Positions 19,486-28,101 of a DNA stretch of 54,351 nt are shown here, in pieces (the stretch's first letter is position 1; each line of letters starts with the position of its first letter). The notes under the pieces are model-generated. The model was not told where the DNA came from. It saw only the letters and a program-made list of their open reading frames with translations, and ran no database searches. Position numbers and translations under genes: made by a program. This DNA is from a virus (taxonomy: Duplodnaviria; Caudoviricetes). The stretch lies in IMG/VR virus record IMGVR_UViG_3300035670_011527, positions 1 to 54,351 of that record; one strand, given 5' to 3'.

Positions 19486-20283
19486 ATGAAAAATAAACAT
19501 GTAGTAGTTTCACTTAGTGGTGGAATGGATAGCAGTACTTTGTTACTTCATTGTTTGGCACAAAAGATGAATGTAACCGCTCTTAGTTTTGATTATGGTC
19601 AAAAACATAGAGTAGAACTTGAACGTGCACAATCTCTTGTTGATTATCTTAGAGATAATGGACAAGAATTAAGATATCAAGTTATTAAACTTGATGGTCT
19701 TACTAATTTACTTAATTCAGCACTTGTATCTGGTGGAGCAGAAGTTCCAGAAGGTCATTATGCTGAAGAAAACATGAAAGCAACAGTTGTTCCTAACAGA
19801 AATAAAATATTTAGTTCAATTTCTCAGGCAGTTGCTTTGAGTATTTCTAATGAAACTAAAGATATAACTTATCTTGCTTTAGGAATCCATGCAGGAGACC
19901 ATGCGATTTATCCTGATTGCCGACAAGAATTTAGAGATGCAGATATGGACGCTTTTAGGATTGGAAATTGGGAATCTGAATTGGTTGAGTTTTATACCCC
20001 TTATCTCCATACTGATAAATTTGGTATTCTTCAAGATGGTGAGGAGGCGTGTGATACACTTTGTGTAGATTTTGATGAGGTTTATCGACGTACTAATACA
20101 TCTTATAAACCATATCCATCTGGAAATAGTGATTATAAATCTGCTTCTTCAGTAGAACGTATTGAAGCTTTTATTAAACTTGGAAGACCAGATCCAGTAC
20201 AATATGAAGATGAAACGGGTCCTGTTTCTTGGGAAGTAGCTAGAACTCATGTAGAACAAGTATTATCATCTTATGAAGGATAA
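19486..20283 (+). CDS. queC: 7-cyano-7-deazaguanine synthase
   Basis: 'SGGMDS', 'FDYGQKH', 'VPNRN' and 'YPDCR.EF'. Confidence 0.93.
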   Translation: MKNKHVVVSLSGGMDSSTLLLHCLAQKMNVTALSFDYGQKHRVELERAQSLVDYLRDNGQELRYQVIKLDGLTNLLNSALVSGGAEVPEGHYAEENMKATVVPNRNKIFSSISQAVALSISNETKDITYLALGIHAGDHAIYPDCRQEFRDADMDAFRIGNWESELVEFYTPYLHTDKFGILQDGEEACDTLCVDFDEVYRRTNTSYKPYPSGNSDYKSASSVERIEAFIKLGRPDPVQYEDETGPVSWEVARTHVEQVLSSYEG

Positions 20284-20298
20284 AAATAAGGAATTAAT

Positions 20299-20682
20299 AT
20301 GAAAGAAATGTGGGATGATTCATATACCAGAGCACCCAAAACTATAATTTCTGATATAGATGGTACTTTAATAGAACAAAGTGATATTAAAAATATTGTT
20401 GATTCTAATCATGAAATGAAACTATTACCAGGTGTAAGAGAAAAATTAAATGAATGGGAAAAACATGGTTATAATATCGTTCTTATAACAGGTCGAAAAG
20501 AAAGTTTAAGACAAATAACAGAATTACAATTAAGAAAAGCAGGTATTTGTTATGATCATTTAATAATGGGAGTAGGACCTGGACCCAGATATCTTTTAAA
20601 TGATGCTAAACCGAATGGACAAGTAACTGCTTTTTCTTATTGTATGAAACGAAATCAAGGATTAGAAACTATAGAAATATGA
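20299..20682 (+). CDS. HAD-family phosphatase
   Basis: 'DIDGT', 'ITGR' and 'ND.K'. Confidence 0.75.
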   Translation: MKEMWDDSYTRAPKTIISDIDGTLIEQSDIKNIVDSNHEMKLLPGVREKLNEWEKHGYNIVLITGRKESLRQITELQLRKAGICYDHLIMGVGPGPRYLLNDAKPNGQVTAFSYCMKRNQGLETIEI

Positions 20683-20927
20683 AACAATTTTATTATTTTA
20701 CAGCATCATGGTGCCAACCATGTCGTCAATTAGGTCCAATTATGGACAGAGTAGCACAACAAGTATCTGTTAGAAAAATAGATATTGATATAGAACCTTT
20801 AATAGCACAACAAAATGGAGTAAGAAGTGTTCCTACTGTTATTTTAATGAAAAACGGTGTAGAAGTAACACGTTTAGTAGGAGTTCAACCAGAAAATTAT
20901 TATATTAAGCTTTTTAATCAATATTAA
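20679..20927 (+). CDS. Thioredoxin
   Basis: 'FTASWCQPC' and 'VRSVPT'; start placed at the ATG overlapping the previous stop. Confidence 0.88.
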   Translation: MKQFYYFTASWCQPCRQLGPIMDRVAQQVSVRKIDIDIEPLIAQQNGVRSVPTVILMKNGVEVTRLVGVQPENYYIKLFNQY

Positions 20928-20931
20928 TAAT

Positions 20932-21396
20932 ATGAAAAAATTTCAATCAACAAAATTATTTGATGGTTTTTCTACATGTTTTAGACAATGGAAAGCCAAA
21001 GGAACCCATTGTAGTTTTGTTCATGGATATGGTGTTTCATTTAGAATTTGGTTTGAGGGTGAATTAGATGAACGCAACTGGGTATGGGATTTTGGAGGAA
21101 TGAAACGTGCCAATGGTCGAATTGATGGAATGACTCCAAAAGAATGGATGGAATATATGTTTGATCATACAGTAGTTGTTGCTGAAGATGATCCTATGAT
21201 GCATTTATTTGTAGAAGCAGGATATGCTGGTATTATTCAACTTCGAGTAATTCCTGCTGTTGGTGCAGAACAATTTGCAAAATTTATTTATGATAAATTA
21301 AATCCATTTATTCTTGAAGAAACTAATAATAGAGTTAAAATAGTTAAAGTAGAATTTTTAGAACACAATAAAAACACAGCAATTTATATACCATAA
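20932..21396 (+). CDS. queD: 6-carboxy-5,6,7,8-tetrahydropterin synthase
   Basis: 'HC..VHGY', 'DFG', 'FDH' and 'AE'; lies in the que cluster. Confidence 0.85.
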   Translation: MKKFQSTKLFDGFSTCFRQWKAKGTHCSFVHGYGVSFRIWFEGELDERNWVWDFGGMKRANGRIDGMTPKEWMEYMFDHTVVVAEDDPMMHLFVEAGYAGIIQLRVIPAVGAEQFAKFIYDKLNPFILEETNNRVKIVKVEFLEHNKNTAIYIP

Positions 21397-22292
21397 TGTC
21401 AATTAATCCAAATAAACTATTAATTTCCAGTGATTTTTACTCAGTACAAGGAGAAGGAATCTCATCTGGAGTACCATCCTATTTTGTAAGACTAGGTGTA
21501 TGCAACCTAAGTTGTGGAATGTCACGAAAATTTCTTAATGAACTAGTTAAAGCTAAAGAACTAGAAGATGGAGAAATTTTTGTAGGTGATCTACATGCTG
21601 AAGGTAAAGCTACCTGGACTTGTGATAGTACAACTCAATGGGCGTGGCGAGGTGAAGATAAAGAATTTCAATATCTGTTTGATAGATGGAAAGAACAGGA
21701 TATTTTAGAAGATATCAGTTCTGGAACCATTCATATTATATGGACTGGTGGAGAACCTACCATTCCACAACATCAACAAAATATCGTAGATTTTACAGAA
21801 TATGCCATTAGACATAAATACTTTACTGGTTTTATTGCAAGTGGTGATCATTGGGAAAATGGAGAACGTATAACAGATGCTTACCCAATAATCTCTGGTC
21901 CTTATTATGAAATTGAAACTAATGGAACATTTTATATTAATGATAAATTATTTAAATTACTAGATCAGATTAATTGCTCCCCTAAACTTACCAACACAGG
22001 TATGAGTGAAAAACAGCGTATTAAACCAGAAGCAATTAAACGTATTATGGAACATGATAATTATCAATTTAAATTTGTTATTAGCACAGAAGACGATGTA
22101 AAAGAACTATTTAGAGATTTTGTAGAACCTTTTAATATACCTCTTAAAAATGTTGTGTGTATGCCGGGGTTAGATAGTCAAGACGATTTCCATGAACGAA
22201 CCGAATTTGTTCTTGAACTTGCTAAAAAATATAAATTTAGAGGACTTACACGACTTCATATTAGTGCTTGGGATAAAACATTAAACGTTTAA
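21396..22292 (+). CDS. queE: 7-carboxy-7-deazaguanine synthase (radical SAM)
   Basis: 'FYSVQGEG...FVRL..CNL.C...CD', 'TGGEP', 'ETNG' and 'SPKL'. Confidence 0.88.
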   Translation: MSINPNKLLISSDFYSVQGEGISSGVPSYFVRLGVCNLSCGMSRKFLNELVKAKELEDGEIFVGDLHAEGKATWTCDSTTQWAWRGEDKEFQYLFDRWKEQDILEDISSGTIHIIWTGGEPTIPQHQQNIVDFTEYAIRHKYFTGFIASGDHWENGERITDAYPIISGPYYEIETNGTFYINDKLFKLLDQINCSPKLTNTGMSEKQRIKPEAIKRIMEHDNYQFKFVISTEDDVKELFRDFVEPFNIPLKNVVCMPGLDSQDDFHERTEFVLELAKKYKFRGLTRLHISAWDKTLNV

Positions 22293-22293
22293 T

Positions 22294-22698
22294 ATGGATA
22301 AAATATTTTATAATTGGGATGATGTTTCGCGAGCAATAGATTTTTTAGCATATTTGCTTAGAAACGAATCTATAAATCTAATTACTGGTTTACCTCGAGG
22401 AGGTCTTATTCCAGCTGTTATGCTTTCCCATAAGATGAATATTAAATATATTAACATTAATAAAACAAAACGAAAACAATTTAATACTATTGCTTTAGTA
22501 GATGATATTTGTGATTCAGGAAATACTATTAAAGGATATAATGAAATGGGATTTATTACAATTTGTATTGATAAAAAACATTCTTCGGTTGTGTCTCCTA
22601 ATTATTTTTCATATATTGCCCCTGATGACAAATATATTGTCTATCCTTGGGAAAACCCAGAATCTAAACCTATAGCTGATTATTTAAAAAATGATTGA
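22294..22698 (+). CDS. Purine phosphoribosyltransferase (Gpt-like)
   Basis: 'PRGGL', PRPP-binding 'LVDDICDSGNT' and 'YPWE'. Confidence 0.85.
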   Translation: MDKIFYNWDDVSRAIDFLAYLLRNESINLITGLPRGGLIPAVMLSHKMNIKYININKTKRKQFNTIALVDDICDSGNTIKGYNEMGFITICIDKKHSSVVSPNYFSYIAPDDKYIVYPWENPESKPIADYLKND

Positions 22699-23422
22699 AA
22701 ATAAAAGACGAAAAAAAGTAAATATTGAAGAGCTGGAAACAGCTCAATTTGGTTATGCAAATGGTATTTCAACTCAGCTGCAAAAACTAATAGAAACAGG
22801 TGAACACCGTTCACTTACACAACAAGAAAAACAAGAAATGGTTAAAGAAGCCGCTGAACATTATGGTAAATTTCTTACTGCTCTTGGTTGTGATTGGCAA
22901 AATGATCCTAACTCAATGGAAACTCCTTGGAGAGTTGCTAAAGCATATGTAAATGATCTTTGGAAAGGTAGATATGAACTTCCATCTGATATTACAGCAT
23001 TTCCTTCTGATGGTTATAGAGGTATTATTCTTGAAAAAGATATTTCTGTTGTAAGTCAGTGTTCACATCACCATCAAACAATCCTGGGTAAAGCACATGT
23101 CGCTTATATTCCTGGAGAAGAAGGAAAAGTAATTGGTTTGAGTAAAATTAATAGAATTGTAGAACATTTTGCTCGTAGAGGAGCCATTCAAGAACAACTT
23201 ACTGTAGCTATTCATAATGCTATGGATAAAATTTGTGAAGGTAATGTTGGTGTTATGGTAGTAATTCAAGCAACTCATAATTGCGTTGCCTGTAGAGGTG
23301 TTAAACATATGGGAGCAAGTATGATTACCAGTGAAGTAAGTGGAGTATTTGCAGATCATACCAAAACAGCCAAGCAAGAAGTACTTGGTTATATTAAAAT
23401 GAATCTAGAAACATATAAATAA
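22691..23422 (+). CDS. folE: GTP cyclohydrolase I
   Basis: 'TP.RVAK', 'CSHH', 'GLSK..R', 'QE.LT' and 'H.C..CRG'. Confidence 0.93.
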   Translation: MIENKRRKKVNIEELETAQFGYANGISTQLQKLIETGEHRSLTQQEKQEMVKEAAEHYGKFLTALGCDWQNDPNSMETPWRVAKAYVNDLWKGRYELPSDITAFPSDGYRGIILEKDISVVSQCSHHHQTILGKAHVAYIPGEEGKVIGLSKINRIVEHFARRGAIQEQLTVAIHNAMDKICEGNVGVMVVIQATHNCVACRGVKHMGASMITSEVSGVFADHTKTAKQEVLGYIKMNLETYK

Positions 23423-23433
23423 GGAATAATAAA

Positions 23434-23625
23434 ATGTATTATATTGCAAAAGTAAAAGTACAAGTAATTGAAGGTAAAAGAATGAAATGGAATACCGAAA
23501 CATTTTTGGTTGATGCTGTTTCTGTAACAGAAGCAGAAGCTAAAGTATATAAAGAATATGAAAGTTTTTCTGATGATTGGGAAGTAAAATCAGTTTCACA
23601 ATCTCCTGTTATTAAAGTTCTTTAA
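23434..23625 (+). CDS. DUF4494-like protein
   Basis: 'E.FLVDA.S.TEAEA' signature, typical of Bacteroidota and their phages. Confidence 0.6.
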   Translation: MYYIAKVKVQVIEGKRMKWNTETFLVDAVSVTEAEAKVYKEYESFSDDWEVKSVSQSPVIKVL

Positions 23626-23825
23626 TGCAACGACTTAATATAAACGGAAATTTATATATTGTTAAGAGAAAATTTTCTTTTAACAGAATTAAAGATGAAA
23701 ATGCTTTAGCTGATATTAAGCACTATTATGGTGCTGATTATTTAATTAAAGATATTAAAAACCAAAAATATATTTTGGCATCTAAAGTAGAAGATGCTAT
23801 CATTATAGAAGAAAAGGAAAATTAA
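23625..23825 (+). CDS. Hypothetical protein
   Basis: 66-aa coupled ORF. Confidence 0.5.
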   Translation: MQRLNINGNLYIVKRKFSFNRIKDENALADIKHYYGADYLIKDIKNQKYILASKVEDAIIIEEKEN

Positions 23826-23826
23826 A

Positions 23827-24324
23827 ATGCTATTATCTGGAAAAAATATTGAACAACATGTAACCACATCAGAATTTTCAAAAACAAATCAAGTAGGAAT
23901 TGATCTTTCTGTAAAAAAAATTGAACGAATTTACAGAGGAGGTCAAGTTCTTAAAGATAAAACTATTGTAGATTCTCATAATTATCAAGAAGTATTTGCT
24001 ACTAAAAACAATGAAGGAAGAATAACATGGAAACTTCCATCAGGAATATATGCTCTTACATTTAATGAAAAAGTAACCATTCCTGCAACTCATACAGGAT
24101 TTATTGTTTCTCGTAGTTCTATTTACAGAATGGGATCACATATTAATAGTCCAATTTGGGATCCTGGTTTTACTACTGGTGATAATGAGATGGGAACAAC
24201 TATGATAGTACATGTACCTATTGAAATTGAAAAAGATGCTCGCGTTGGACAATTTTATATGGTTTCAAATGAAGTAGTTGATGAACTTTATAATGGACAA
24301 TTCCAAAATAAAACTAATTACTAA
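23827..24324 (+). CDS. dCTP deaminase / trimeric dUTPase family protein
   Basis: 'GIDL', 'RSS..RMG', 'DPGF', 'RVGQ' and 'YNGQFQ'. Confidence 0.8.
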   Translation: MLLSGKNIEQHVTTSEFSKTNQVGIDLSVKKIERIYRGGQVLKDKTIVDSHNYQEVFATKNNEGRITWKLPSGIYALTFNEKVTIPATHTGFIVSRSSIYRMGSHINSPIWDPGFTTGDNEMGTTMIVHVPIEIEKDARVGQFYMVSNEVVDELYNGQFQNKTNY

Positions 24325-27050
24325 TGTATCAATCGATCTATTACGATCATTTTGAAAAAACATATTACATTCGAGATGATCAATATAGTGGGTTTCAAAA
24401 AATAGAATATAGTCCTGGGTACTATGTTTTAGATCCTAAAGGAGATATTCCTACATTAGATGATAAAAGATGTAGACGAATATTAGATTTACCTCAAGGA
24501 GCATATAACCAGGTTTATGAAAAAGATGTAGACAAACTAACCCGTTATTTAGTTGATCATTATTTTGAGGATGATAATCCTCCTAAATATCACAATATTC
24601 TTTATTTAGATATTGAGATTACCATTAATGGTGCTCTGACTACAGAAACCATTAAAAAAGCAATTAGTGAAATAACTTCAATTGCTTTATATGATAATAC
24701 CACAAAAGAAATGTGGTGTTTTATTTTAGATAAAACCAAGGAACTTAAACAAATTCGTCAAGCGAATAAGTTTATTGTTCCTTGTACAAATGAAGCTAGT
24801 CTATTATCAAGTTTTCTTGATAAATGGGAAGAACTAGACCCAACCATCATTACAGGATGGAACAGTGGATTTTTTGATATACCCTATCTTTATTATAGAA
24901 TACAAAGAGTATTAGGAGATAGATATGCTAATCGCTTGTCTCCTATTAAAAAAATCAAAATTAATGATTGGGATGAATCACAACCAGTAGAAATAGGTGG
25001 TATCAATCATCTTGATTATATGCTTTTATTTAAAAAGTATATTACTAAACAAGAAGATTCCTATAAATTAGGAGATATTGGTAGCAAATATGTTAACTTA
25101 GGAAAAATAGAATATGAAGGAAATCTAGATAAACTATTTAAAGATGATATAAACAAATTTATTGAATATAACCTTCGAGACGTAGATATTATTGTTGAAT
25201 TAGAGAAAAAACTCAAATTTATCGAATTAACAGTTAATATTTGTCACCTATGCCATGTTCCTTATGAAAATATTTACTTATCAACTGTATTAAATGATGG
25301 TGCTATATTAACATATCTTAAACGTAAAGGTATTGTTTCTCCAAATAAACCTACTACTATCAATAAAAGTATTAATAGTATTTCTGTAGGAGATGATGTT
25401 AAAATCCATAAATCATTGGGTGGAGGAGAAGGTATTCTCACAAAAATAGACACAGAAGAGAAAAAAGGATATGTCAAATTTAAATCAGGAGCAGTTAGAT
25501 CATATGATATTAATTCACTTCGTAAAATAGAAGAATATGCTGGAGGATATCTAAAAGATCCAATCCCTGGACTATATGAATGGATTATTGATCTTGATTT
25601 TACTTCACTGTATCCTTCTATTATTCGTTCTTTAAATATGGGTCTAGAAACACTAGTAGGCCGAATTGTTAATCACGGCAAATATGACAACAATTGGACT
25701 CTCGATGATCTCAAACAAATGAACAAAGATGAATATATTACTATTCAACGACTAACAGATGAACGAGAAATAAAAGAAACCCAAACAACTGTAGGTTCCA
25801 TTATTGATCTAATTGAGAAAAATAATCTCATAATAGCAGCAAATGGTTCTATGTTTAGAACTGATAAATCTAGTATTGTGTGTGAAGTACTAGAAGATTG
25901 GTTCAACAAAAGAAGCGAATATAAAGATCTAATGAAGGAAGCTTATAAAGTTAAAAAAGATCCAGCATTAGGAGAATTTTATGATAAACGCCAACATGCA
26001 TATAAAATCAAACTTAATGACGTTTATGGTTCATATGCTATTAATGGTTGGCGATATACTGATGGACATAAATTCATTTCAGCCGCTATTACACTTACCG
26101 GCCAAAGAGTAACCCAAGAAAGTATCAAATTTGTAAATCAATGGTTAAATGATCAACTTAATACAGATAAAGACTATGTTGTTACTTCAGATACAGACTC
26201 ACTTTTTATTCAAGTAAAACAACTAATCCAAAAGCGTTATCCTGATATAGATTTTAAAGATAGAGACAGAGTAATTGAGATTGTACTTCAAATAGCAAAA
26301 GAAATTCAGATAGAAGCTAATAAAAATCTTGATAAACTAGTTATTGATCTATTTAATATTAAAACAAAACATTATTTTGAACTAAAACAAGAAGTTGTAC
26401 TCGAAAGAGGTTATTTTTCTGGTAAAAGAAGATATGCACAATTTATTGTTAATAAAGAAGGTGTAACTAAAGAAGAATTAGATATCAAAGGCATGGATTT
26501 AATGAAATCAAATATGCCCCCTATCTACAGAAAGTTTGGTGAAGAAATACTTCAAGATGTACTATTTGGTAAATCTAAAGAAGAAATATTTGACAAAATT
26601 AATTCATTTAAAAAGAAAATGGATATTATAGACTGGGTTGAAATATCTAAACCAACTTCTTTAAAACAACTGAACGAATATATAGCAAGTAAACCATCAG
26701 CTGGAGAAATATTCTCTAAACTTGAAAAAAAATGCCCAGCAAATACTAAAGCAGCAATTTATTATAATGATTTGCTTCGTTTTAAAAAACTAGATACAAA
26801 ACATTCTGTTATAACTCTTGGAGAAAAAATCAAATGGGTTTATTTAAAAGAAAACCCATATAAAATTGATTGTATTGCTTTTCTCAGTTATGATATTGCT
26901 CCTGAAATAAAAAACTTTATAGACACATACATTGATAGAGAACAATTATTTGATACTGTTTTGAAAAATAAACTTGATTCCTTTTACCAAGATCTAGGTT
27001 GGGGAAATTTAAATTTTAACAATCATATAAATAGATTTTTTGCTTTCTAA
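24324..27050 (+). CDS. Family B DNA polymerase
   Basis: ExoI 'LDIE', ExoII 'GWNS..FD', motif A 'DFTSLYPS', motif B 'K..LN..YG' and motif C 'SDTDS'. Confidence 0.95.
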   Translation: MYQSIYYDHFEKTYYIRDDQYSGFQKIEYSPGYYVLDPKGDIPTLDDKRCRRILDLPQGAYNQVYEKDVDKLTRYLVDHYFEDDNPPKYHNILYLDIEITINGALTTETIKKAISEITSIALYDNTTKEMWCFILDKTKELKQIRQANKFIVPCTNEASLLSSFLDKWEELDPTIITGWNSGFFDIPYLYYRIQRVLGDRYANRLSPIKKIKINDWDESQPVEIGGINHLDYMLLFKKYITKQEDSYKLGDIGSKYVNLGKIEYEGNLDKLFKDDINKFIEYNLRDVDIIVELEKKLKFIELTVNICHLCHVPYENIYLSTVLNDGAILTYLKRKGIVSPNKPTTINKSINSISVGDDVKIHKSLGGGEGILTKIDTEEKKGYVKFKSGAVRSYDINSLRKIEEYAGGYLKDPIPGLYEWIIDLDFTSLYPSIIRSLNMGLETLVGRIVNHGKYDNNWTLDDLKQMNKDEYITIQRLTDEREIKETQTTVGSIIDLIEKNNLIIAANGSMFRTDKSSIVCEVLEDWFNKRSEYKDLMKEAYKVKKDPALGEFYDKRQHAYKIKLNDVYGSYAINGWRYTDGHKFISAAITLTGQRVTQESIKFVNQWLNDQLNTDKDYVVTSDTDSLFIQVKQLIQKRYPDIDFKDRDRVIEIVLQIAKEIQIEANKNLDKLVIDLFNIKTKHYFELKQEVVLERGYFSGKRRYAQFIVNKEGVTKEELDIKGMDLMKSNMPPIYRKFGEEILQDVLFGKSKEEIFDKINSFKKKMDIIDWVEISKPTSLKQLNEYIASKPSAGEIFSKLEKKCPANTKAAIYYNDLLRFKKLDTKHSVITLGEKIKWVYLKENPYKIDCIAFLSYDIAPEIKNFIDTYIDREQLFDTVLKNKLDSFYQDLGWGNLNFNNHINRFFAF

Positions 27051-27067
27051 CAAAAAGTTTGTATATT
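27039..27067 (+). promoter_or_regulatory. Bacteroidota-type promoter
   Basis: TTTG-N19-TATATT upstream of the clamp gene. Confidence 0.5.
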
Positions 27068-27074
27068 ATAACCT

Positions 27075-27800
27075 ATGTTTAATAAAGAAAAATTACTGAA
27101 TTTTATCCCTCAATATTATTTAGGAGGAAAAGTAGAGCATGCTATTTGGGTTTGTTCTGGTAATGATATATCTGTGGATTTTGTTGATGATTCCAAAACA
27201 TTAGTTGGAAAAATCAAAGCAGACAATATAGATATTGAAGCTGGATCTTATGGTATATTCAATACTTCACAGCTAATCAAAATGTTAGGAATACTTGATA
27301 ATGAAATTCTTATCGAAGTATCTAAACATAATGGTATTGCTCATAAATTTAACTTTTCAGATCAGACAACAGATATCTATTTTAGTTTAGCTGATCAATC
27401 TGTTATATCTAAAGCTCCTGAAATTAAATTAGATGAATATAATATATTCTGTGAACTTGATAAAGATTTTATTTTAAAATTTATTCGTTCTAAAGATTCT
27501 TTACCTGAAAGCTCATTAGTAACACTTAGTACTAAAAAGATTATAGGTTCAGATACATTATCAATAACACTAGGAAATAATAATATTGGATCTAATAAAA
27601 TTTCATTAACTATTGACGCTGATTTAAATCAAGAAATTCAAAATCCCTTACCATTTAATTCAGATAATATAAAAGAAGTCTTAAAAGCAAATAAAGATTC
27701 AGATAAAGCAATATTGAGTCTAAACAATATGGGACTATTAAAATTTTATTTTGAAAAAGAAAACATAACATCAACTTATTACTTAAGCCGAGAAAACTAA
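27075..27800 (+). CDS. DNA sliding clamp (T4 gp45-like)
   Basis: 241 aa, acidic, with 'GIFN.SQL...L'; lies between PolB and the clamp loader. Confidence 0.7.
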   Translation: MFNKEKLLNFIPQYYLGGKVEHAIWVCSGNDISVDFVDDSKTLVGKIKADNIDIEAGSYGIFNTSQLIKMLGILDNEILIEVSKHNGIAHKFNFSDQTTDIYFSLADQSVISKAPEIKLDEYNIFCELDKDFILKFIRSKDSLPESSLVTLSTKKIIGSDTLSITLGNNNIGSNKISLTIDADLNQEIQNPLPFNSDNIKEVLKANKDSDKAILSLNNMGLLKFYFEKENITSTYYLSREN

Positions 27801-27801
27801 T

Positions 27802-28101
27802 ATGAAAATAAAAGCACAACATGATAGAGTAGTCATTAAGATTATTCCTGAAAATGAATCACAATATGGTTCAATTATTATTCCCGATTTGGGAAAAGAA
27901 CGTCCCTTTAAAGGACAAGTAGTATCTGTGGGACCAGGAAGGACCACAGAATATGGTTCGGTTATTAAACCAACCTGTAAAGTAGGAGATATGGTTTTGA
28001 TTCCTCAGTTTGGGGCTCAATCAGTTTCTTATGAAAACGAAGAATATTACATAACAAGAGATAGTGAAATTTTAGCAATTTTGGAGGAAAACAATGCCTA
28101 A
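27802..28101 (+). CDS. groES: Co-chaperonin GroES
   Basis: 'DRVVIK', 'GSIIIPD..KE', 'VVSVGPG' and 'EILA'. Confidence 0.92.
   Translation: MKIKAQHDRVVIKIIPENESQYGSIIIPDLGKERPFKGQVVSVGPGRTTEYGSVIKPTCKVGDMVLIPQFGAQSVSYENEEYYITRDSEILAILEENNA

Noticed and set aside
19486-23422. folE/queD as folate or tRNA-queuosine auxiliary genes
   Set aside because: There is no queF, queA or downstream fol gene in the window. The position in the replication module next to a TGT-fold gene favours DNA modification, though this is not proven.
14195-27050. Inteins or introns in the helicase, RNR or PolB
   Set aside because: Protein lengths are normal, the frames are uninterrupted, and there are no C...HN splice or LAGLIDADG motifs.
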